Origin: Anaerolineales bacterium
GTDB lineage: Bacteria > Chloroflexota > Anaerolineae > Anaerolineales > UBA11858
Direction: 5' to 3'
Assembly (NCBI GenBank): GCA_034520505.1
Contig: JAXHNK010000004.1
Location: 10,203 to 74,202, forward strand
Length of the DNA: 64,000 nucleotides
Shown here: piece by piece, positions 39,722 to 48,462 of the stretch
How the letters are laid out: each line of letters starts with the position of its first letter
How positions within the stretch are numbered: position 1 is the first letter of the stretch
Notes under the pieces: generated by a model
Databases searched by the model: none
Told to the model about the DNA's origin: nothing
What the model saw: only the letters and a program-made list of their open reading frames with translations
Translations under genes and position numbers: made by a program

Positions 39722-40156
39722 TTAACCTGCTTCCCGCACCAGGTAATAATAGAGGATGAACAGGGGAGCAAATACGAGAACCATCCCTCCATAAGCCAGG
39801 GGATGTTCCAACCAGGCTCCGCTGGCTCCTGTACCTGCAGCAAAGATGACCGCTGAGGTCAGGGCACTGGTTATAGAAATCACCCCAATTTTCCATTTCC
39901 AGACATCAGCGATCAAATATTTAACCACAAACCAGACACCAAGGGCCGCAGCTGCAGCATCAACACCACCCATCGCCAACAAAAAGGGGAGTGCTTGATC
40001 TGCCCAACCTCCAGTGGGCGGTTGGGCAGGAAACGGCATGCTCCCGCTTTTCAGAAAAGCCAACCCTGCAGCAGTCAGGGTTCCGAGGTGAGCCAGCTGC
40101 AGCAGTCCGTAATAAACTGTTAAGATCCGCTTTGGTTCACTTCCAACTTCACGCAT
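39722..40156 (-). CDS. Hypothetical 4-TM membrane protein
   Basis: Four hydrophobic segments; ATG at 40156 after AGGGAG. Confidence 0.7.
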   Translation of the reverse strand: MREVGSEPKRILTVYYGLLQLAHLGTLTAAGLAFLKSGSMPFPAQPPTGGWADQALPFLLAMGGVDAAAAALGVWFVVKYLIADVWKWKIGVISITSALTSAVIFAAGTGASGAWLEHPLAYGGMVLVFAPLFILYYYLVREAG

Positions 40157-40275
40157 AATCGCTCGCTCCCTGAATTCCAAATCAGATTAGCTAACCCCGC
40201 CAGCGCTCCGGCTGCCAACGGGGTCGGTGCTCTTTCCTGCGCGAGAGAGCAGTTAAATTTTTCTTCCTGCCTCCT

Positions 40276-40845
40276 TCAGCGCAGGAAGTTCACAGCTGCA
40301 TTTAATCCCAGCGATCCAAAACCCATTAATGATCCTACGAGCAGATTGATGAAAAAAATCAGGATCCAGCCAATGACCACAGTGATTAACGTTTTTGTGG
40401 TATCCAGGTCCAGAGCTTCCTGCACACCAATGAAACCTGCTACCAGTGCCCAGATACCGGCGACCAGACTGATCAAGCCTCCCAGACAGGGGATAAAACT
40501 TAATATCGTCAAAGCCCGGGGACCGCTTGCATAACCTAAAACCCGGAGCACTTCACCTGGAGTAGAAGAAGCCTGAAAAAGGCTTTTCCCGATAAAATGA
40601 GTAACATATGACCAGATAAAGTAACTAGTAATCCCCAGGAGAATGGTCACGACCAATCCCCATAAAGCGCTCCCTATCTGTCCACTGAATATTCCGGACA
40701 GGAACGTTCCTACAGCCCCGATGATGGAAACAATAATCACAACGGTCAATGCTTCCTGATTTAAACTGGGATCAGCTTCTACTTCTTGATACAGCTTCTT
40801 GTCCAGGCTGGCAGCTCTAATAACCCGGTTAATCATCTCGTTCAT
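40276..40845 (-). CDS. Yip1-domain membrane protein
   Basis: RAASLD..YQEVEAD and VLRVLGYASGP; five hydrophobic segments; AGGAGG RBS. Confidence 0.85.
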   Translation of the reverse strand: MNEMINRVIRAASLDKKLYQEVEADPSLNQEALTVVIIVSIIGAVGTFLSGIFSGQIGSALWGLVVTILLGITSYFIWSYVTHFIGKSLFQASSTPGEVLRVLGYASGPRALTILSFIPCLGGLISLVAGIWALVAGFIGVQEALDLDTTKTLITVVIGWILIFFINLLVGSLMGFGSLGLNAAVNFLR

Positions 40846-40968
40846 AAGCCTATTCCTCCTGAGGACTGTTTATCTATTTGTTTTACAGTTGTTTTAGTTT
40901 ACTCTTAATCACATCATCCCGCAACCTGGTTTTGCACAGCGTGCGGGGGACAAAACCACCCATACTTT

Positions 40969-40984
40969 ATTGCGTATAGGTTTT
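40969..40984 (+). repeat. Dispersed 16-bp motif, copy 3 (ATTGCGTATAGGTTTT)
   Basis: Exact 11-bp core with a degenerate right half; intergenic between the divergent Yip1 and Lon-like genes. Confidence 0.7.
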
Positions 40985-41117
40985 CGCTGCCCGGCTGATG
41001 CTGTCCCTGAGCTGCTGATGGGGAGCAGGGCAATTCCCCAATTATTCATTTCTATTATAATCAGGTTATCATACACCTCACCGGATAAATCTTTATCAAA
41101 ACGAGAGGAACTTCATA

Positions 41118-43583
41118 ATGGGAGCAAATAAATATCGATTGACCGAGGAAGAGGTCCGGAACAGCCTTGATCCTGCTCTTTTTGACTTCCCGCACACCGG
41201 GAAATTGGACGTATTGGACCAGGTGATCGGCCAGGATCGGGCTGTGAGAGCGATATCCTTTGGAATAGGCATTGAAAGCCCTGGTTACCATCTCTATGCT
41301 ATGGGTCCGCCGGGGACAGGCAAGAGCACAACCATCCGGAAGTTTTTAGAAAAAAAAGCTTCCACTCAAAAAGTTCCAGACGACTGGTGCTACGTTTATA
41401 ATTTTTCTGATCCCGATTATCCCCGGGCCCTGCGGCTTCCTGCAGGTAGGGGACATCAGCTGCGGGATGATATTAACCAGATGATTGATCGCTTTAGAAC
41501 CATCATCCCCAAAGTTTTTCAAAAAAAAGAATATAACAGCGCGAGACAAACGATCCAGGAAAAATACCTAGAACGACAAAGAAAGCTGCTTTCTCAATTA
41601 GAAGCCAGGGCCAATAAAAAGGCTTTGAAGTTAATCCAGACCCCCCAGGGGATCACCATTGTTCCGGTAAAAGATGGAGAACCGCTCACCCCTGAAGAGC
41701 TTGAGCAGCTTGACGATCAGGAAAAAAAGAAAGTAAAAGAAAACCAGCAGCACTTACAGCAGGAGTTACAGGAAATATTAAGAAAAGTGCAGAAGCTGGA
41801 GATCAAAGCCAGGAAGGAAATTCAGGAATTGGACAAGCAATCTATCCGCTACGCGGTTGAACAAACCTTTGAAGAACTAAAAAACAGCTATGGGGAAAAT
41901 AAACCTGTGGCCAACTATCTCACCGCAGTGGAAGAGAACCTCCTGGAAAACATCGCTCAGTTAAAAAAAGACTTCGGACAGGATCAGGACAGCGAATCTA
42001 TTCCAGGGACTGCGCAGCTGATCAACAAAGCCCAGAAGTTTCAACCAGATCATCTTGAGCGCTACAAAATTAATTTACTGGTTGACAACAGCAAACTGCA
42101 CGGAGCTCCAGTTATCCTGGAAGAAAACCCCACGCTGGACAACCTCATCGGTCGGATTGAGCACCAAGCCCAGATGGGAGCTCTGATAACCAACTATCAA
42201 ATGATAAAGGCTGGAGCCCTTCATCAAGCCAACGGAGGCTATCTGCTCCTGGAAGCAAAAGATTTGCTGTCCAAGAAATCGTCCTGGCCGGCCCTGAAAC
42301 GAGCGTTGAAGAACAAACGAATCAAGATCGAGAACCCTTCTCGTTCGCAAGGCGTGATCAGTACCCAATCCCTGAACCCCGAAGCTATCCCCCTGAATGT
42401 CAAAGTCTTCCTGATAGGGGACTCCCGGATCTATTACCTGCTTTACAGCCTGGATGATGACTTTCAGGAAATCTTCAAGGTTAAAGCCGACTTTGCCCGG
42501 GACATGATCCGCAATCAGGAAACAGCTTATCAGTATGCCCAATTCATCGCTACCATTTGTGCTGAACAGGACCTGAAACACTTCACGCCTACCGGGGTTG
42601 CCCGGTTAATTGAAGAAAGCTCACGAATGGTATCCCAGCAGAATTATTTAACCACGCGCTTTGGGGAAATCGTTGACCTCATCCAGCAAGCCAGCTATTG
42701 GGCCGAACAGAACGGAAAAAAACTGGTTGACGCAGAACAAGTCGATTATGCCCTCAGGGAATTAACTTACCGCTCCGACCGTTTAGAAGAGCTTGTTCAA
42801 CGGATGATAGAAGAGAGCACAATACTAATCACTACCACGGGTGCCAAAATCGGCCAGATCAACGGCATATCCTATCTATCCCTGGGAGATTATGCCTTTG
42901 GCAAACCTTCCCGGATTTCCTGCACAACCCACGTGGGAAAAGCAGGAGTGGTCAATATTGAAAGGGAAACTAAGCTAGGGGGAAAAATACATAATAAAGG
43001 GGTGATGATCCTGACTGGCTATTTAGGAGGACGGTATGCGGAGGATTTTCCACTGGCACTGTCCGCCAGAATTGCTTTCGAACAACAGTACAGCAGCGTG
43101 GATGGCGACAGCGCATCCAGCGCTGAATTGTATGCCTTGCTGTCCAGCCTTTCAGGATACCCGCTCAGACAAGATCTGGCAGTGACTGGTTCAGTAAACC
43201 AAAACGGCCAGGTGCAGGCGATCGGTGGGGTCAACCAAAAAATTGAAGGATTTTTCAAAACCTGTCAAATCAGAGGATTGTCCGGAAGCCAGGGAGTCAT
43301 CATCCCCCGGAGCAATGTAAAAAACCTTTGTCTGCGGGATGAGGTCCGGGATGCAGTCAGCACCGACAAATTCCATATTTATGCGGTTGATACCGTTGAT
43401 CAAGGAATTTCTCTGCTTACAGGAAAAGAAGCGGGTGTTCGTCAATCCAACGGCAAATTTCCCGCAGGGACAGTAAACAGGGCTGTAGTAGACCGGCTGC
43501 GCGAACTGGCCGAGAAAGTTAAGAATTACGACCAGGAAACCAGGGACAATCAACAGGATGAAGAACAGCAGGATAACGGCTGA
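41118..43583 (+). CDS. Lon-like (S16; LonC/AAA_32-type) protease
   Basis: IGQDRA, GPPGTGKS, GALHQANGGYL, DGDSAS (catalytic Ser) and IGGVNQKIEGFF (Lys). Confidence 0.92.
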   Translation: MGANKYRLTEEEVRNSLDPALFDFPHTGKLDVLDQVIGQDRAVRAISFGIGIESPGYHLYAMGPPGTGKSTTIRKFLEKKASTQKVPDDWCYVYNFSDPDYPRALRLPAGRGHQLRDDINQMIDRFRTIIPKVFQKKEYNSARQTIQEKYLERQRKLLSQLEARANKKALKLIQTPQGITIVPVKDGEPLTPEELEQLDDQEKKKVKENQQHLQQELQEILRKVQKLEIKARKEIQELDKQSIRYAVEQTFEELKNSYGENKPVANYLTAVEENLLENIAQLKKDFGQDQDSESIPGTAQLINKAQKFQPDHLERYKINLLVDNSKLHGAPVILEENPTLDNLIGRIEHQAQMGALITNYQMIKAGALHQANGGYLLLEAKDLLSKKSSWPALKRALKNKRIKIENPSRSQGVISTQSLNPEAIPLNVKVFLIGDSRIYYLLYSLDDDFQEIFKVKADFARDMIRNQETAYQYAQFIATICAEQDLKHFTPTGVARLIEESSRMVSQQNYLTTRFGEIVDLIQQASYWAEQNGKKLVDAEQVDYALRELTYRSDRLEELVQRMIEESTILITTTGAKIGQINGISYLSLGDYAFGKPSRISCTTHVGKAGVVNIERETKLGGKIHNKGVMILTGYLGGRYAEDFPLALSARIAFEQQYSSVDGDSASSAELYALLSSLSGYPLRQDLAVTGSVNQNGQVQAIGGVNQKIEGFFKTCQIRGLSGSQGVIIPRSNVKNLCLRDEVRDAVSTDKFHIYAVDTVDQGISLLTGKEAGVRQSNGKFPAGTVNRAVVDRLRELAEKVKNYDQETRDNQQDEEQQDNG

Positions 43584-43610
43584 TTGACCGCCGGTTACAG
43601 GAAATTTTTC

Positions 43611-44603
43611 TCATTTCTCCTCAAAGACTTCCCAGTATCCCCGGTCCAGTTCGTCATCACTGAGATGAGCGTACCGTTGGGTGACCTGGATGTTTTTATG
43701 GCGGGCCAGTTTCTGGGCTAGCTTTAAATTTCCCCCGGACCCCTGGAGCACTTCGGTCACAAAATAATGCCGGAAGGAATGAGGCGTGATCGTCCCTACA
43801 GCTTTAGGGCCCAGGGTTTCTCTGACCCGGTGATTGACTATATTTCTCCCTGTAGTGGTGCTGATCGGCTCCACACGGCTTCCTGCACCGCGGTCATGCC
43901 GGGCAAATAGAGGTAAAGAACTCAAAGCCCGGCCGAAAGCACCGTCCATTTCCGCCCGGGCCTGCAAATAATCCTGTAAAGCGTTTATAGCGCGGCGGGA
44001 GAAACGGATCACAGCCTGGCGGTTGCCTTTTCCAACAACCACAGCTTTAGCCTCATTCCAATCCAAGTCTCCGCGCCTGAGGTTGCAAGCTTCGTGAACC
44101 CGCAGTCCGGTATCGGCCAGGGTGAGGATAAAAGCCCGATCACGCAGCAGCTGCAGTCTTCGCCTTTTCCCTTCAGCGGGCTGCTGATGCAATCTCTTCG
44201 CATAGTCGATCACATCTTCCAGATCCCCTTTAGGAAACTGAGGCAGCCGCTGTCCGGGGCGTCTTGACCGCCTTTTGATCAACATCCGCAAGCGAGGGAG
44301 GTTGACTTCGGCCAATCTTTCTGCTGCCAGAAATTCGTAGAACCCGGTTACGGCCGTCAGATAGAGCTGTTCTGTGTTAGGCGCATAACCTTTCAGGTCA
44401 GCGGCGAATTCAGCGATGAAATCCTCACTGATCTTTTCTACAGGCTCTTCTGCTGGTTCCCGGTTGTGGTCCTGGAGCGACTGGATGAAAGAATCCAACG
44501 CATTGCTGTAAGTGCGGGCGGTGTTTTCGCTCCGGGAAAGCTGGACTGAATCCAGATAGTCCGCAATGGCCTGTGACAGGGTGATTTTCTTATTGCGGGA
44601 CAT
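43611..44603 (-). CDS. Tyrosine recombinase, XerC/D-like (candidate single chromosomal Xer)
   Basis: N-terminal SENTARTY; catalytic R (TGLRVHE), K (GKG), HSFRH, H (ARHK) and Y (TQRY); AAGGAG RBS. Confidence 0.93.
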   Translation of the reverse strand: MSRNKKITLSQAIADYLDSVQLSRSENTARTYSNALDSFIQSLQDHNREPAEEPVEKISEDFIAEFAADLKGYAPNTEQLYLTAVTGFYEFLAAERLAEVNLPRLRMLIKRRSRRPGQRLPQFPKGDLEDVIDYAKRLHQQPAEGKRRRLQLLRDRAFILTLADTGLRVHEACNLRRGDLDWNEAKAVVVGKGNRQAVIRFSRRAINALQDYLQARAEMDGAFGRALSSLPLFARHDRGAGSRVEPISTTTGRNIVNHRVRETLGPKAVGTITPHSFRHYFVTEVLQGSGGNLKLAQKLARHKNIQVTQRYAHLSDDELDRGYWEVFEEK

Positions 44604-44632
44604 CTTACGCTGTACTCCTTGACAGTTGTTAT

Positions 44633-44660
44633 GCTTTCGATAATGATACTTATCATAACC
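44633..44660. other. dif-like tyrosine-recombinase site (11-6-11)
   Basis: GCTTTCGATAA-TGATAC-TTATCATAACC has the ATAA-N6-TTAT core of E. coli dif (GGTGCGCATAA-TGTATA-TTATGTTAAAT); it lies 30 bp upstream of the recombinase ATG. Confidence 0.6.
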
Positions 44661-44666
44661 ATAAGT

Positions 44667-44695
44667 ATTTTAACCAAGTTTATGGCAAATGTCAA
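44667..44695 (-). promoter_or_regulatory. Sigma70-type promoter of the recombinase gene
   Basis: TTGACA-17 nt-TAAAAT on the minus strand. Confidence 0.75.
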
Positions 44696-44740
44696 GCGGA
44701 AACTCATCCTCTCCCCCGGTAAAACGCATCAGGAAGCAGG

Positions 44741-45090
44741 ATGAACTTGGCGCTGTTGGCGCCCCGCTCTCAATCCGACGGGTCCCCGGAAACCCCAGAC
44801 TATCTAAATCTCTCCATACCCTCAGCTGCTCAATCAGGAGAAACTGAACGGTGCTTAGAACATCAGACGCAGTTGACGGGATCTTTCTCAGTTCCGCAGT
44901 CCCTCATCAACCTACCGCCATCCAGGATCAATTAATCAATACCGCAGCGATCCTCCGCCGTAAATACCAGTACCAGGGATATCTACATTTGAAAATAATG
45001 CCTGGAGCAGAAAAAGACCAGGTCACCGCTGCCGCCCCTACATCCTGCTCCAAGGAAAATTACCTCCCAGCCAACCAAAACTGCTTTAAA
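44741..45090 (+). pseudogene. Internally deleted remnant of a putative DNA modification/repair radical SAM gene (TIGR03916-like)
   Basis: DGIFLSSAV...QDQLINTAAILRRKYQYQGYLHLKIMPGAEKDQV matches the family pattern GLFLSS...GYIHLKxxPGA; the CxxxCxxC motif and most of the barrel are missing. Boundaries are approximate. Confidence 0.7.
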
Positions 45091-45210
45091 CCCCCTCCCC
45101 GGCAGCAAAAGCAACATACACTCTCACCGTCAAACCAAAAATTATTTAACGCCCAGGCTGTTTCATTCCTCCGATTGATATTCTGCCCACACAAATCCAT
45201 TATTTTACCC

Positions 45211-45263
45211 TTGACTTTCGCTAGCGATAGGCCTATAATTCAATTAAGTTATTTACGCTAGCG
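45211..45263 (+). promoter_or_regulatory. Sigma70 promoter with two CGCTAGCG palindromic operators
   Basis: TTGACT(45211)-17 nt-TATAAT(45234); TCGCTAGCGA in the spacer (45218-45227) and CGCTAGCG again at 45256-45263. Confidence 0.8.
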
Positions 45264-45279
45264 CAAGGATTAGTTATTG

Positions 45280-46149
45280 ATGGTTGAAAAGGATTGGATT
45301 GACACCCAGGAAGCGGCAGTTCGGTTGGGGGTCACCCCTGCCCGGGTACGTCAGCTTGTGTCAGAAAACAAACTTGCTGCCCAGAAACTGGGTGGAAAGT
45401 ATCGGGGGCAATGGATGATCAATAAAGAGGACCTGGAAAAACGCTTAATGAGTAAAGGAGATAAAGGATCTATGCGAGTCAAAAACAGAATGACACGAAA
45501 ACCTATAACTGCCCAACTGAAGACCACTTTTAATGAAGCTATGCGCCTGATGGAAAAAAACGATGTTCACCACCTGCCCATTCTCAACAAGAAGGATGAG
45601 TTGGTAGGCATCGTCTCGCACAGCGATATGCTGGAAGCTGAGCCTTCCCGGGTGAGTTCCCTGAGTGTATATGAAATAGCTTCCCTCCTAGAAAAAGTGA
45701 CCATGGATCAAATTATGAGCCACCCGGTCAAAGCCGTGGATGACAGCTGCAGCATTTCAGAAGCAGCCCATTTCATGGTTGAAGAAGATATCGGCTGTCT
45801 GCCAGTGATGAAAGACAATCAGCTGGTAGGGATAATCACAGATACAGATATTTTCAAGACTTTTATCGAAGTAACCGGGGGAGGAGAAGCCGGCACCAGG
45901 ATTGAAGCCAAGCTGCCCAACGAAATGGGCCAGTTGGCTGCCTTCACCAACGCCGTCACCGAGGCTGGCAGCTGGATTGTTTCTCTAGCCCTAACTTACG
46001 ATGAAAGCGGGGACTATTTCTATATTGACATGAAAGAGCGCAGCGCAGACGAAGATGCCATCCGTGTGGAAATTGAAAAACTGGGCACTGTGGAATATGT
46101 CCAATTTACTCCCTGCTCTGAGGAAAATCTATTAAGTTACGGCTCTTAA
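45280..46149 (+). CDS. Excisionase-type HTH fused to AcuB-like CBS-pair + ACT protein
   Basis: TQEAAVRLGVTPARVRQLV (HTH_17-like); HHLPI..LVGIVS and IGCLPV..LVGIITDTD (CBS); LPNEMGQLA (ACT). Confidence 0.88.
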   Translation: MVEKDWIDTQEAAVRLGVTPARVRQLVSENKLAAQKLGGKYRGQWMINKEDLEKRLMSKGDKGSMRVKNRMTRKPITAQLKTTFNEAMRLMEKNDVHHLPILNKKDELVGIVSHSDMLEAEPSRVSSLSVYEIASLLEKVTMDQIMSHPVKAVDDSCSISEAAHFMVEEDIGCLPVMKDNQLVGIITDTDIFKTFIEVTGGGEAGTRIEAKLPNEMGQLAAFTNAVTEAGSWIVSLALTYDESGDYFYIDMKERSADEDAIRVEIEKLGTVEYVQFTPCSEENLLSYGS

Positions 46150-46179
46150 GGGTTCAACCGGAACATCTAGGTCCAAGCT

Positions 46180-46217
46180 AAAACCCCTCAGATTATGTCA
46201 TTTCTGAGGGGTTTTTT
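46180..46217. terminator. Bidirectional intrinsic terminator
   Basis: AAAACCCCTCAGA...TCTGAGGGGTTTTTT between convergent genes. Confidence 0.85.
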
Positions 46218-46239
46218 ACTATAGAACTTGACAGGTGTG

Positions 46240-46255
46240 TTTGCCTATGCGCAAT
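46240..46255 (-). repeat. Dispersed 16-bp motif, copy 4 (ATTGCGCATAGGCAAA on minus strand)
   Basis: Core ATTGCGCATAG; lies between convergent genes and abuts the LCP stop codon. Confidence 0.7.
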
Positions 46256-47190
46256 TACTCCTGTGCCGGCTCTAGGGGAAGTGTTCCGTCCTGAAACTTT
46301 CCCAACAGCTCCGCCAGGGTGCCCGGCTCCTTCTCCAGCCACACCGACCCCACCCAATCAGGATGATAAAGCTCATCCCGGGGAATCGTATAATAAGTGG
46401 TGCCATCCTCGCCCACCCGGAAGCTCATGCACAACAGCTGACTGATCTGCGCTAAATGCATATCAGTCAGCACATTGCCTTTGAACGAGCCCACCAATTC
46501 CGGGATCCTGAACACAGTCTGGGGGCTGAATATCTGCTCCCAGACTGCTTCCAGTAATATCGCGTGGCGGTCTGTCCTGTCCAGTACATTTCTGGGATCC
46601 CGGTAGCGAGCGTAGAGCTGGGCTTCCTTGCCGCCAAAAACATAGCCGCCCGCCTTGAGGATAGGCTTGGTCTGATGCTGGGAATAGATGGGTGAAGGAC
46701 TGTAAACTTTGATTCCTCCGATGGCATCAATCACCTCCGCAAAAATCCGCATATTGATCACTATATAATGATCAATATCCAATCCATAGTTTACATTGAG
46801 AGTCTCCGCCATCAAACCTGCCCCGTATCCCTCACCCTCAAAATATCCCATATCCTTGGTGCCAAAAAAATAGGCTTGATTGAGCTTGCCGTGAGTCCGA
46901 TCCGCTTCCTCTACATCCGGGATTTCCACCCACAGATCCCGGGGGAAACTCATCACCTCCACCCTTTCTCCCTGGAAATCCACCCGGAAGACCATGATCG
47001 AATCCGCCAATCCATACATATAACCCCGGTTTTGCTGGTCTGTTCCCAGCACCAGGACCATGATCGGCTCATCCGGTCCATTGCAGATCCCCCCGGAAGG
47101 GGAAGCGGCTCCAGCGGGACTGACATCTGCCGTCAAAAATAGGATCACCAAAACAACAATTAATAAAATCCTGTTACCTCTGGCTCTCAT
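46255..47190 (-). CDS. LCP (LytR-CpsA-Psr) family phosphotransferase
   Basis: LVLGTD, ADSIM, SFPRDLWVEIP, KLNQAY, IDAIGGI and YARYR motifs; ATG at 47190 after AAGGAG. Confidence 0.92.
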   Translation of the reverse strand: MRARGNRILLIVVLVILFLTADVSPAGAASPSGGICNGPDEPIMVLVLGTDQQNRGYMYGLADSIMVFRVDFQGERVEVMSFPRDLWVEIPDVEEADRTHGKLNQAYFFGTKDMGYFEGEGYGAGLMAETLNVNYGLDIDHYIVINMRIFAEVIDAIGGIKVYSPSPIYSQHQTKPILKAGGYVFGGKEAQLYARYRDPRNVLDRTDRHAILLEAVWEQIFSPQTVFRIPELVGSFKGNVLTDMHLAQISQLLCMSFRVGEDGTTYYTIPRDELYHPDWVGSVWLEKEPGTLAELLGKFQDGTLPLEPAQE

Positions 47191-47276
47191 CAACCTGCTC
47201 CTTTTATGCTCCTCGCCATCATTCTCATTGGTGTTCAAGGCTGGCCTTGATAAATTCAATCAGCAGTTGTAAAGCA

Positions 47277-48248
47277 TTATGGTCCAATTCCGGTGCTATC
47301 AGATTGCATCCCGTGTTCAGCAACATAACCATAATCAATCACTTCCGCCCCGGGGACAGACTGACAGGTCTCCACAGCGGCATCGTCCCTTCTGGCGTAA
47401 AGGCAGTAAAGTTTTGCCGGCGGGTCATCTCCCAGCAGATCCCCTGCCGCCTGCTCATAAGGCACGGTCAAAAAAGATCCTGGAGAAAGCGCAAACGCAC
47501 CCCGGCAGCGGGCTTCTTCGTCTCCTTGGTTGTTCAACCAGACGCAAGCGTCCACAGCTCCATCAGCTCCGATCGATGCCCCAGCAGCGAGGATCTGCTG
47601 TCCGTCCACCCCGGGGAGATTGGCGGCAGCTGTTATCCCGGCCCGGGCATCTAACAGCCATTCCCCGGCTGGATATCCCCGGCACCCTCCTTCACAACCC
47701 CGGAATGTGAAAGTAAACACTGCTATTTCCAGGTCTGGGGGATAATCCGGAAACCAGGCTGGCATCTTCCAGGTTTTGTTAAAATCTTGCTCATAAGCCA
47801 GACCGCGATTTTGTATCCAGGCTGCGATTTGCTCCCATTCAGCCTGATCCCCCCGGGACCAATGCATCAGCACCAGGACCGGAGCGTCAGGTATGCCCGC
47901 CGGGAAATACATCCCCGCCAATTCCTGGCCATCCTCCGCCTGAAACGTGATCTCCCGGGGTTCGGGTGGATAAATGGGTACCGGGGTGATGGTTGGCGTG
48001 GGAGTCAGGGACGGTGTAGGACTGCTTTGCAGGACAGCGGTGATCGTTGGTTCAGGCGTTGGGGAAGGTTCTGTTTCCCAGATATCAGCCTTTTCCGCTG
48101 TTTCCTTAGCTGTCAGTACACCTTCCCGCTGCCCTCCCCCACATCCAGAGATAGCCCCACTCATCATTAAACCAACCAGGATCAAAATCCAACTGTATGA
48201 TTTCATTTCAAATCCGGTAATCTGCTCTATTCGCATCCTGTTTCTCAT
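47277..48248 (-). CDS. Putative lipoprotein alpha/beta hydrolase with P/T-rich linker; probable frameshift near the 3' end
   Basis: Lipobox ISGC, nucleophile GASIG, ALSPG and EHG. An alternative frame after 47303 gives LIAPELDHNALQLLIEFIKASLEHQ* ending at 47225. Confidence 0.8.
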   Translation of the reverse strand: MRNRMRIEQITGFEMKSYSWILILVGLMMSGAISGCGGGQREGVLTAKETAEKADIWETEPSPTPEPTITAVLQSSPTPSLTPTPTITPVPIYPPEPREITFQAEDGQELAGMYFPAGIPDAPVLVLMHWSRGDQAEWEQIAAWIQNRGLAYEQDFNKTWKMPAWFPDYPPDLEIAVFTFTFRGCEGGCRGYPAGEWLLDARAGITAAANLPGVDGQQILAAGASIGADGAVDACVWLNNQGDEEARCRGAFALSPGSFLTVPYEQAAGDLLGDDPPAKLYCLYARRDDAAVETCQSVPGAEVIDYGYVAEHGMQSDSTGIGP

Positions 48249-48462
48249 ATTAATTATACTCCGGGGCCTTCATCTTGTGCCTTGCTTATTTATTAGGACC
48301 CCTGGTCATACCTCGTTCTTTTTGATTCCGTCCCCCGGTTGGACAACTTAGAAAAATATGAGTATAATGAGGAAAGCCAGCTGCGAGTCGTGCTTGAGCT
48401 GGCGTTTGTATGTCTGCCCCCGGGCAGGATCTACACCAACAACAGAGAGGTAGCGGACACTT

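Noticed and set aside
38042-44603. tRNA-Leu plus tyrosine recombinase as an integrated element
   Set aside because: No duplicated tRNA 3' end was seen, the tRNA 3' end faces tig rather than the recombinase, and the intervening genes look chromosomal.
38964-46229. 12-mer ACTATAGAACTT repeated at 38964 and 46218
   Set aside because: Only two copies; one such intergenic 12-mer match is roughly expected by chance.
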